NCBI GenBank assembly: GCA_965368975.1
Contig: CBDUPA010000004.1
Location: forward strand, 160,001-224,000
DNA: 64,000 nt
Direction: 5' to 3'
Source: an uncultured bacterium
Lineage (GTDB): Bacteria; Acidobacteriota; Thermoanaerobaculia; Multivoradales; JAHZIX01
Below are positions 18,525 through 26,833 of this stretch, piece after piece. Position 1 is the first letter of the stretch, and each line of letters opens with the position of its first letter. Below the pieces are notes generated by a model, which saw only the letters and a list, made by a program, of their open reading frames with translations, had not been told where the DNA came from and made no database searches. The translations under genes were made by a program, and so were the position numbers.

Positions 18525-19232
18525 ATGATCGAGCTGCGGGGTGTGCACCGGACTTTCGAGGTCGGCGGCACGCGCGTGCAGGCGCTGGCCGGTGTCGACC
18601 TGCAGGTGCAGGCCGGGGAGTACCTGGCGATCATGGGCTCGTCCGGCAGCGGCAAGTCGACGATGATGAACATCCTCGGCTGCCTGGATACGCCGACCCA
18701 GGGACAGTACCGTCTGCGCGGCGCGGCGGTCGAGCAACTGGACGACGACGCCTTGGCGGCGGTCCGCAATCGCGAGATCGGCTTCGTCTTCCAGAGCTTC
18801 AACCTGCTGCCGCGCATCCCGGCGTGGAAGAACGTCGAGCTGCCGCTGCTCTACGCGCGCCTGGAGCCGGCCGAGCGACGTCGGCGCGCACGTGAGGCCC
18901 TCGACCGCGTCGGCTTGAGTCACCGCGTCGACCATCGTTCCAACGAGCTGTCCGGCGGCCAGGCACAGCGCGTGGCGATCGCACGGGCGTTGGTCAACGA
19001 GCCGTCGATCCTGCTTGCTGACGAACCGACCGGCAACCTGGACAGCACGACCTCGGACGAGATCATGACGCTGTTCGACGACCTCAGCCGTGCCGGAACG
19101 ACGGTGATCCTGGTGACGCACGAGGCCGACATTGCGGCGCATACGAGGCGCCAGATCCACCTGCGAGACGGCGCCATCGTGGCAGACGAACGCACGGCGG
19201 AGTCTGGCCCCTCCGTACTGGCGACTCAGTAG
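18525..19232 (+). CDS. MacB/LolD-type ABC transporter ATP-binding protein
   Basis: GSSGSGKST Walker [26 protein letters not shown]; alternative in-frame start at 18477. Confidence 0.93.
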   Translation: MIELRGVHRTFEVGGTRVQALAGVDLQVQAGEYLAIMGSSGSGKSTMMNILGCLDTPTQGQYRLRGAAVEQLDDDALAAVRNREIGFVFQSFNLLPRIPAWKNVELPLLYARLEPAERRRRAREALDRVGLSHRVDHRSNELSGGQAQRVAIARALVNEPSILLADEPTGNLDSTTSDEIMTLFDDLSRAGTTVILVTHEADIAAHTRRQIHLRDGAIVADERTAESGPSVLATQ

Positions 19233-19519
19233 AAGTCGTCGTCCTCCTCCTCTTCCTCCTCCTCGAGGTCGTCGTCCTCGTCGTCGAGATCGTCGTCGTC
19301 TTCCTCTTCCTCGAGGTCGTCGTCTTCGCTGTCGAGATCGTCTAGGTCGTCGTCCTCATCCTCGTCGTCGTCCAGATCATCCAGATCGTCGAGTTCGTCG
19401 ACTGCCAGATCGTCCGGGTCGTCGAAGGTAGCGTTAAGGTAGCCGATGGCCGGGTCGACCTCGGGCTCGAGATCGTCATCGTCGTCAAAGTCTTCGTAGT
19501 CTTCGTCCATGCGCCGCAT
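19226..19519 (-). CDS. Small, extremely acidic low-complexity protein (97 aa, about 65% Asp/Glu)
   Basis: Strong GGAGGT SD before ATG 19519; in-frame GAC/GAG codon runs; lies 63 nt downstream of polX on the same strand. Confidence 0.75.
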   Translation of the reverse strand: MRRMDEDYEDFDDDDDLEPEVDPAIGYLNATFDDPDDLAVDELDDLDDLDDDEDEDDDLDDLDSEDDDLEEEEDDDDLDDEDDDLEEEEEEEDDDFY

Positions 19520-19582
19520 GACGTAGAACCTCCGTACGTTGATTCAGACTTGCTGCTTCGCAAAGCAGTCGGAGAACAAAGG

Positions 19583-21352
19583 TTAGCGCTTGGAACGCAG
19601 CCAGGAATGTAGCTGCTCCGCGGACCAGGTATTGATACAGTCTGCGGCACGCAGACCCGCACGCCGCGCCGTCAGCACACCGTAGACCAGGAAGTCGAAG
19701 TGCGCGTCGTGGTGGGCGTCCGTATCGATGGCGATCCTACAACCGTGCTCGAGGGCGCTGTGCAAGTGTGTGTCGCGCAGGTCGAGACGGTGCCAGTTGG
19801 CATTCACTTCGAGCGCCGTGTCGTGCTTGGCGGCTGCCTCGAACAAGGCTCCCATGTCGGGCGACAGACCCTCTCGCTTGTTGATGATGCGGCCGGTGGG
19901 ATGGCCAAGGATGTGGACCAACGGGTGGCGAATGGCGGCCAGTAGGCGCTCGGTTGCGGCCTCGGGGGACTGGCGCAGGGCGACGTGCGGTGATGCCACC
20001 ACCACGTCCAGCTCGGCCAGCAACTCGTCGTCGTAGTCGAGGTGGCCGTCGGCGTGGATGTCGACTTCCGAGCCCGCCAGCAGCGTGATGCCATCGATCT
20101 TCTCGTTCGCTTCGCGAATCGCCGCCATGTGTCGGCGCAGGCCGTCGGCGTCCAGGCCGTTGGCCACCGCCGAAGTCACCGAGTGGTCCGTGATCGCCAG
20201 CGTGTGGAAGCCACGCGCCTTGGCGTGCTCGGCCATGGCCTCGATGCTCAGCTTGCCGTCGCTGGCCGTCGTGTGGCTGTGCAGTTCGGCTTTCACGTCC
20301 TGCAGGCAGATCAACTCGCCGGCACGCTGACGGCCCGAGTCGGAGAACTCCCAACGGTCTTCGCGCAGCTCGGGCGGGAAGTAGGGAAGCCCCAGTGCCT
20401 CGTAGATCTTGTCTTCGTCGCCCGCGGCCAGCGGTTCCTGCCCGCGCTCCTGCGGCCGTTCTTCGGTGCCCTCGAAGAGGCCATACTCGTTGAGGTGCAG
20501 GTTCTTCTTGCCGGCGATCTCGCGTAGCCGCACATTGTGGTCCTTGGAGCCCGTGAAGTAGAGCAGCGCGGCGCCGTAGACCGCCTCGTCGACCAGTCGC
20601 AGATCGGCTTGCAGGGCGACCCCGTGGACGCTCAGCCGAACCGAGCACTTGGTCTCGCCGCGCGCCAGCACCTGGGTCACCGCCGGGTGACCGCAGAAGC
20701 GTTCGCGCACGACCTCGGGGTCATCGCAGGCGACCAGGAAGTCGAGGTCGCCGATGGTCTCGCGACCGCGTCGCAGGCTGCCGGCGAAGTCGGCCCGGTG
20801 CACCTGGTCGACCGAGCGCAGTTCTTCGAGCAGGTCGAGTGCGATCGGTCGCGCGATGCCGATCGGTGTGCGATCGCCTGCCTTCTCCTGGAAGGCGATG
20901 GCCTGACGAATGTTTTCCACGGTCTTGGCGCCCATGCGCGGCAGTTCGGCGAGCTCACCAGTATCCAGCCGCGTCTTCAGGTCCTCCACCGAGGTGATGC
21001 CGAGGCGCTCCCACATCAGTTTGACCGCCTTGGGCCCGAGGCCTGGGATCTCCAGCACCTGGAACAGTCCTTCGGGGACTTTCTCCAGTAGCTCCCGGTG
21101 TTCCTCGACGGTGCCGCCATCCAGATACTCGACGATCTTCTCCGCCAGCCCTTTGCCGATGCCATCGAGTTCGGCCAGTCGCTTGACCGGCTCGTCAGCT
21201 GCCGCCGCGACCGAGGTGATGTCCTCGGTCATGTTTTCCAGAGTGCGTGCGCCGCGCTGGTAGGCGTTGACCCGAAAGCGGTTGGCGCCCAACAATTCCA
21301 GGGCGTCGGCCATCTGATAGAAAATGTGGGCAATATCGGCGTTGACACTCAT
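19583..21352 (-). CDS. polX: DNA polymerase X / PHP 3'-5' exonuclease
   Basis: NRFRVNAY, GIGKG and GLGPK HhH motifs, GSLRRGRETIGDLD, ADLR, YFTGSKDHN; PHP HSHTTASDG, TDHS, HPTGR, DTDAH; AGGAGA SD. Confidence 0.95.
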   Translation of the reverse strand: MSVNADIAHIFYQMADALELLGANRFRVNAYQRGARTLENMTEDITSVAAAADEPVKRLAELDGIGKGLAEKIVEYLDGGTVEEHRELLEKVPEGLFQVLEIPGLGPKAVKLMWERLGITSVEDLKTRLDTGELAELPRMGAKTVENIRQAIAFQEKAGDRTPIGIARPIALDLLEELRSVDQVHRADFAGSLRRGRETIGDLDFLVACDDPEVVRERFCGHPAVTQVLARGETKCSVRLSVHGVALQADLRLVDEAVYGAALLYFTGSKDHNVRLREIAGKKNLHLNEYGLFEGTEERPQERGQEPLAAGDEDKIYEALGLPYFPPELREDRWEFSDSGRQRAGELICLQDVKAELHSHTTASDGKLSIEAMAEHAKARGFHTLAITDHSVTSAVANGLDADGLRRHMAAIREANEKIDGITLLAGSEVDIHADGHLDYDDELLAELDVVVASPHVALRQSPEAATERLLAAIRHPLVHILGHPTGRIINKREGLSPDMGALFEAAAKHDTALEVNANWHRLDLRDTHLHSALEHGCRIAIDTDAHHDAHFDFLVYGVLTARRAGLRAADCINTWSAEQLHSWLRSKR

Positions 21353-21374
21353 GCATATTCTCCTGCAACGGAAT

Positions 21375-22361
21375 TCACGAGGGCATCGAGTCGGAGGTGT
21401 CAAGTTGGCGCTGGGCTTCGCGCGCTTCCTCCTCGGTATCGATGTCTTTGGCAAAAGAAAGGGCATCGACCAGCGCCAGGCGACTCTGCCTGTCGGCGCT
21501 GCGCCGGTGATGGTACCGGACGTAGACCCGGTGGATATAGGTTTGCAGCTGTTTTTGGGTCATCTTGCCGCTTTGTAAGCCGTGCGCGATGCGCAAACCG
21601 TTGACGATCACGGTGTAGAGATAGGTGGGGCGGCGCCAGTGCAGCACGTGTTGCCAGTCCTGGCGCAGCAGGAAGCCGAGCAAGCTGCGGAAAATGACTG
21701 CCCGCCGATAGTGAATGGAGCGGTTGCGCGTGCGGTAGGCGGCCTCCAGCGCGTGGTACACGAGTTCGCGCCGCACCGCTGGTGGATCGATGATCAGCAG
21801 ATGCCCCGGCAACGTTTCGATTGCCGTCGTCTCGTGGTCGGGAATGATCCGGTAGCGCGGTTTCCACTGTGATTCGCCCAGGCGCTGCGCCACTTGTGCC
21901 GCCGATGGCGGAACGCGGATCAAGGCGAACCAGTAGTCGCACGGTGAGTGCCGCCGATAGTCGTCGAGCATACGCTCGAGGTCCTCGGCGTCTGGTAGTA
22001 CGTCGCAGGTCACCACTGCCACGTGCCGGCCGGGGCATTGCTTCACTACACCCTCCAGGGCATGGCGCAGATTGGTGCCGAAGTCGCTGTCAGTGTCGAT
22101 CACCGGCACCTCCGGCAACACCTCTTGGTAGCGCTCTGCCGGGCCGGCGATGAAGATCGGGTCGAAGGCACCACTGCCGCGCATGCGTTCGATCACGTGG
22201 GCGATCAGCGGCTGACCTCCGATGCGCAGGTCGAGGCCCTTGTAGCCGTGTAGCGGATGCTTGCCGGCGCCCTCGGTCGGTAGCTGCGTGCCCTGCCGGT
22301 CCCGTCCACCGAGTACGACCAGAGGGAGCGGTTGCAGGGGAGGCGGGGCGGCTTCTGTCAT
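21375..22361 (-). CDS. MobA-like NTP-transferase family protein
   Basis: VVLGG...KGLDLRIGGQPLIAHVI, TCDVLP, C-terminal DIDTEEE; TATGAT -10 element 7 nt before ATG 22361. Confidence 0.7.
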   Translation of the reverse strand: MTEAAPPPLQPLPLVVLGGRDRQGTQLPTEGAGKHPLHGYKGLDLRIGGQPLIAHVIERMRGSGAFDPIFIAGPAERYQEVLPEVPVIDTDSDFGTNLRHALEGVVKQCPGRHVAVVTCDVLPDAEDLERMLDDYRRHSPCDYWFALIRVPPSAAQVAQRLGESQWKPRYRIIPDHETTAIETLPGHLLIIDPPAVRRELVYHALEAAYRTRNRSIHYRRAVIFRSLLGFLLRQDWQHVLHWRRPTYLYTVIVNGLRIAHGLQSGKMTQKQLQTYIHRVYVRYHHRRSADRQSRLALVDALSFAKDIDTEEEAREAQRQLDTSDSMPS

Positions 22362-22476
22362 GCGTTCAATCATAGCGTGAAGGTCGTTGCGGGACACGTG
22401 GGTCAAGGCTCTCCAGGTCGTGTCCGCTTGGTCGCGGGCGGCGGTCGGGGTACAGTTGGCGGCGAGGAGACGACGA

Positions 22477-23040
22477 ATGCCGAGGATCACCAAAGTCTAC
22501 ACACGCAAGGGCGACGGCGGCGAAACCAGCCTGGCCGGTGGCCAGCGACTGGCCAAGGATGCACTGCGCGTCGAAGCGTACGGGACGGTCGACGAGCTGA
22601 GTTCGGTGCTCGGCGTGTGCCGGGCACACGGCCTGGCCGCCCGCCTGGACGTCATGCTGGCGCCGATCCAGAACGACCTCTTCCACCTCGGTTCCGACCT
22701 GTGCGTGTTGGAAGAGGACAAGGCCCAGATGCCGGTGCCGCAGATCGAACCACGCCACATCGATCAACTGGAAGCGTTCATCGACGAACTCTCCGATAGT
22801 CTGGAGCCGCTGGCCAACTTCATTCTTCCCGGTGGCTCCGTCGGCGCCGCGCACCTGCATGTCGCGCGCACCGTCTGCCGTCGCGCCGAGCGCTGCCTGG
22901 TGTCACTGGCGCGCGAAGAAGCCGTCGGCTCTCACACCGTGAGTTACCTGAATCGGCTGTCCGATCTGCTGTTCGTCATGGCTCGTTTCGAGAATCATCA
23001 GTGCGGTGTTGACGACGTGTTGTGGGACAGTAGAGCTTGA
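22477..23040 (+). CDS. pduO: PduO-type ATP:cob(I)alamin adenosyltransferase
   Basis: [49 protein letters not shown]. Confidence 0.93.
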   Translation: MPRITKVYTRKGDGGETSLAGGQRLAKDALRVEAYGTVDELSSVLGVCRAHGLAARLDVMLAPIQNDLFHLGSDLCVLEEDKAQMPVPQIEPRHIDQLEAFIDELSDSLEPLANFILPGGSVGAAHLHVARTVCRRAERCLVSLAREEAVGSHTVSYLNRLSDLLFVMARFENHQCGVDDVLWDSRA

Positions 23041-23050
23041 CGGGGGGAGC

Positions 23051-23833
23051 ATGAGTCTGCCGGAGTCCCCTGCCGCGGCGCGTGGCAAGACGGTCATCGT
23101 CATGCCCGCCTACAACGCCGCCAACACGCTCGAACGTATCGTCGAGGCGGTCCCCGAGGGTTGCTACGACGAGATCGTCGTGGTGGACGACTGCAGCCGC
23201 GATGCCACCGTCGAGATCGCTCACCGTCTGGCCGCGGGGCCCCTGCCGATCACCGTCGTCGAGCACGAGCAGAACACCGGCTACGGTGGCAACCAGAAGA
23301 CCTGCTACAAGACCGCCCTCGACCTCGGCGCCGACTACGTCGTGATGCTGCATCCCGACTACCAGTACGACGCACGCGTCATCCCCGCTGCCATCGACAT
23401 CCTGCGCCACGAGGTCTGCGACGTCGTTCTCGGCAACCGCATCCGTACGCGCAAGGAAGCTCTGGCCGGTGGCATGCCCTGGATCAAGTACCTGTCCAAC
23501 CGAGGCCTCACCTTCCTCGAGAACATCCTCACCGGTCAAAATCTCGGCGAGTGGCACAGTGGCTTCCGCGCTTACCGTCGCGAGGTTCTGGAAACCGTCC
23601 CCTTCGAGCGCAATAGCGACAACTTCGTCTTCGACTCCCAATTCCTCATCCAGAGCGTCCACTATGGCTTCAAGGTCGGCGATATCCCGATCCCCGTGCG
23701 CTACTTCGACGAGGCCAGTAGCATCAACTTCGGCTCGGCGTCACGCTACGCGATCCACACCATGTGGACATTCGTGCCGTGGTACCTGCACCGGTTGGGT
23801 GTGTGGAAGAACCGGCTGTTCGAGGCGGTGTAG
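23051..23833 (+). CDS. GT2 glycosyltransferase (DPM1-like)
   Basis: [36 protein letters not shown]. Confidence 0.9.
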   Translation: MSLPESPAAARGKTVIVMPAYNAANTLERIVEAVPEGCYDEIVVVDDCSRDATVEIAHRLAAGPLPITVVEHEQNTGYGGNQKTCYKTALDLGADYVVMLHPDYQYDARVIPAAIDILRHEVCDVVLGNRIRTRKEALAGGMPWIKYLSNRGLTFLENILTGQNLGEWHSGFRAYRREVLETVPFERNSDNFVFDSQFLIQSVHYGFKVGDIPIPVRYFDEASSINFGSASRYAIHTMWTFVPWYLHRLGVWKNRLFEAV

Positions 23834-23879
23834 TCGTTGTCGAGGCGGTGGAGTGAGCCGGGTGCAAGCGAGCTTTGCC

Positions 23880-23916
23880 TAAGATAGTTGTAACTAGGCT
23901 AACCGTAACTATCTTA
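23880..23916. repeat. AT-rich inverted repeat between convergent genes (terminator or binding site)
   Basis: TAAGATAGTT (23880-23889) ... AACTATCTTA (23907-23916). Confidence 0.7.
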
Positions 23917-23929
23917 TTTCCCCTGCGGG

Positions 23930-24778
23930 TCAGCTCAGCCGCCCAGACCCCGCGTAGACGTTGCAGCGACGCTCGCGCAGGAACCCGACCAGGGTGATCC
24001 CCAGCTCACGCGCCATCGACACGGCGGCAGTGCTCGGGGCCGAGACGGCGCAGACGACCGGAATGCCGGCCGCGCCCGCCTTCTGCAGCAACTCGTAGCT
24101 GGCACGGCCGCTGAGCAGCAGGATATGCCCGGAGAGTGGCAGCTTGCCTTCGCGCAACGCCCAGCCGACGAGCTTGTCGAGCGCGTTGTGCCGCCCGACA
24201 TCCTCGCGCACCTGGACGAGTTCAGCCTTCCGAGACGGGACGCGCCCCGGTCCCAGGACGCGAAACAGCGCCGCCGCGTGCAGGCCACCCGTCTTGCGGA
24301 ACAGTCCCTGGGCCTTCTTCAGCCGTTCGGGTAGCGAGTACAGCAGTTCGGGCGTCACGCGTGGACCCTCGGCGATCTTCGGATGGTGCCCCCGGATCAG
24401 CTGCTCGAGTCCCGCTTTGCCACACAGACCGCAGGCGCTGGAGACGAAGACGTTGCGCGCCAGTGGTGAGAGGTCCGGCTGCAGGCCCTTCCGCAAGACC
24501 ACGCGCACGCGCTCTTCTTGCTGCATCCCCGGTGGGGCCGGTTCGTGCCCGACCGCCGTCACGTCCGTGGCTTCGTGGATCACGCCCTCGGCGTACAGGA
24601 AGCCCAGAGCCAGTTCGTCATCCGCTCCCGGTGTACGCATGGTGACAGCCGCCGGCTGAACACCTTGCTCGGTCACCAGGCGGATCTCCAGCGGCGCCTC
24701 GACCACCAGCGTGTCCGGCAGCTCTTGGGCGTGCCCGCCGTCGAGGATGTGGACGTCGATGTCGAGGGTGCTACTCAT
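23930..24778 (-). CDS. fdhD: Formate dehydrogenase accessory sulfurtransferase FdhD
   Basis: TMRTPG, LGFLYAEG, SSACGLCG, TGGLHAA, EDVGRHNALDKL, SGRASYEL, SAPS. Confidence 0.95.
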   Translation of the reverse strand: MSSTLDIDVHILDGGHAQELPDTLVVEAPLEIRLVTEQGVQPAAVTMRTPGADDELALGFLYAEGVIHEATDVTAVGHEPAPPGMQQEERVRVVLRKGLQPDLSPLARNVFVSSACGLCGKAGLEQLIRGHHPKIAEGPRVTPELLYSLPERLKKAQGLFRKTGGLHAAALFRVLGPGRVPSRKAELVQVREDVGRHNALDKLVGWALREGKLPLSGHILLLSGRASYELLQKAGAAGIPVVCAVSAPSTAAVSMARELGITLVGFLRERRCNVYAGSGRLS

Positions 24779-24793
24779 GAAGTCTCCGGGCGA

Positions 24794-25984
24794 TCAATAC
24801 AGGTCGAACAACAAGATGCGCGCTTCCAGCGGGCCGTTGCGCACTGGGATACGCCGCGCAGGCTTGAGGCCGATGTGCTTGCCGCGGTCTTCGCCGCCAG
24901 CCAGCACGACGGCCTTCCAGCCCTTGTAGCGCTGTTTCAGCATGTCCCCCAGCTGGCGCCACTGCGCCCTCGTGGCTTGGAGCCGTTCGCCGTACGCAGG
25001 GTTGATGAGCACCAGTCCGGTTGCCGCCCCAGAGTCTCCTTCCGGAGGCTCGCCTTCCGGGGGGACATAGTTGAAGGCACTGTGGTGCAGCAGTTGGGTG
25101 CGGTCGTGGAGGCCGGCGGCTTGTAGATTCCTGCGCGCGGCACCGAGGGTGGTGCGATCGGTGTCAACGCCGTAGAGCTGGACGTCTGGGCCGGGGGCGG
25201 GCAGGGGTTCGGCTTGCAGCTCGCGAAAGGCGCTGGCGTCGTACGTCGGCAGCTTTTGGAACGCCCAGCCGGGCTGCCCTCGAGCTCCGCGCAGGCAGCC
25301 GGGTGGACGACCGAGGGCGTACCAGGCAGCTTCGATCAGCAGGGTGCCAGAGCCGCACATCGGGTCGACGACCGGGCCGGTGCCGTCCCAGCCCGAGGCC
25401 AGGACGCAGGCGGCGGCGAGGTTTTCTCGCACCGGCGCCTCGGTGGTCTGCAGGCGGTAGCCGCGACGGTCGAGGGGGTCGCCGGATGTGTCGAGCAGCA
25501 GGGTGGCCTGGTCCTGGTGGAGCCAGACGCGCAGGGCGACGTCTGGATCTTGGCGCTCGACGGAGGCGCGTTCACCGAAGCGGTCGCGCTGGCCATCGAC
25601 CAGGCCGTCTTTGACGCGCAACGCGATCCAGCGGGTGTCGTGCAGGCGTGAAGCGCTGGAGGTGGCGCGCACGGCGAAGGTGCGGCCGGGGTGCAGCAGG
25701 TCGGTAGATGCCAGGCCGTGCCAATGGCGCAGGCTGCGCGTCAGCTTGCGGGCACCGGCGGTCAGGGCATCGGCATCCCCGGCGGGCCATTCAGCCAGCC
25801 GTACGAGCACACGGTTGGCCGTGCGTAGGCACCAATTGGCGCGCCAGACGTCGCTCCAATCGCGGCCGCTGAAGGTGACGGCGCCGCGCTGGGTCGCGAC
25901 GTCAGGTACCCCCAAGGTGGTGAGTTCCGCGCTGAGGAATTCTTCCAGTCCGAGGGCGCAGGTGGCGACGAGGTGCAGGCTCAT
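24794..25984 (-). CDS. THUMP-domain RNA m2G methyltransferase (RlmL-like)
   Basis: TCALGLE, LRTANRV, LDTSG..LDRRGYR, APVRENLAAA, DPMCGSGT, NPAYGER. Confidence 0.88.
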   Translation of the reverse strand: MSLHLVATCALGLEEFLSAELTTLGVPDVATQRGAVTFSGRDWSDVWRANWCLRTANRVLVRLAEWPAGDADALTAGARKLTRSLRHWHGLASTDLLHPGRTFAVRATSSASRLHDTRWIALRVKDGLVDGQRDRFGERASVERQDPDVALRVWLHQDQATLLLDTSGDPLDRRGYRLQTTEAPVRENLAAACVLASGWDGTGPVVDPMCGSGTLLIEAAWYALGRPPGCLRGARGQPGWAFQKLPTYDASAFRELQAEPLPAPGPDVQLYGVDTDRTTLGAARRNLQAAGLHDRTQLLHHSAFNYVPPEGEPPEGDSGAATGLVLINPAYGERLQATRAQWRQLGDMLKQRYKGWKAVVLAGGEDRGKHIGLKPARRIPVRNGPLEARILLFDLY

Positions 25985-26022
25985 TCTGTGAGCCTACCCC
26001 ATCGTCGCTCCAGAAACCGATC

Positions 26023-26619
26023 TCAGAAGCCTACATAGCTCGGCGGCTCGACACCGTTGAGACGCAGGTAGACGATCGCCTGTGCGCGGTGGCTGGTGGT
26101 GTGGTCGCGCAGCAACAGTACCGTGCGCAGGCGCGGGGCCATGCTCTCGTCGAACAGCTGGACCTGCTCGTGCAACTGCTCGTGGGTCAGGTTGGCGAGC
26201 GCGGCGGCGGAGTAGTCGAAGGCGCCTTCGATGTACTTCAGGATCTGCTCTTTGGTCAGCTCCGTATTGCTCAGCTCTTCCTGGCTGGGGATCTCGCCGT
26301 CCGCGCCCAGGAAGTTGTTGGAGAAGAAGTAGGCGGCGCCCGCGATGTGCATCATCTGGGCCGCGAAGGTCATCTGCTCCTCGGTGGGCTTGTAGCCGTA
26401 CTTGTCAGCGGGCATGCGGTTGGCGACGTCGAGCGTGTAGGCCTTGGTGCGTTCCCAGACGCCAAGGAAGTCCTCGATGACCATTGGCTTGCCGTCATGG
26501 GAGTGGGCATGGCCGTGCTCGGCTTCGCCTTCGCCACCAGCGTTGTGGTGGTCGGCGGCGGCGGGGATCGAGACGGCGAGTAGTGCACAGGTCAGCAGTG
26601 CAAACGTGGTTCGCAGCAT
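26023..26619 (-). CDS. Secreted DinB-family protein with His-rich N-terminus
   Basis: Signal peptide; MPADKYGYKPT, QMMHIA, DHTTSHRAQ..VYLRLNGVEPP. Confidence 0.85.
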   Translation of the reverse strand: MLRTTFALLTCALLAVSIPAAADHHNAGGEGEAEHGHAHSHDGKPMVIEDFLGVWERTKAYTLDVANRMPADKYGYKPTEEQMTFAAQMMHIAGAAYFFSNNFLGADGEIPSQEELSNTELTKEQILKYIEGAFDYSAAALANLTHEQLHEQVQLFDESMAPRLRTVLLLRDHTTSHRAQAIVYLRLNGVEPPSYVGF

Positions 26620-26833
26620 GGAGATTCTCCTTGGCGTGTCTTGAATGGGTTGGGAAAACCGCGCTCTGTCGAGAGCACGTGGAGTTGTCGTGAACGTTTC
26701 GATACGGAGCGCGTCCGCGGAAGTTGCCGTGGATCACAGCGGCCTCAGCCTATCACCGGCCCCGCTGAACGGCTGGATCTGCTGGTCCATGTCTGGCGTC
26801 TGGCTGCCGGCCCTGGTAGGCTGCGCTTCCGAC

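Noticed and set aside
23870-23920. dif/Xer site or integron attC
   Set aside because: No TTATGTTAAAT-like XerD arm, no RYYYAAC...GTTRRRY ends, and no integrase nearby
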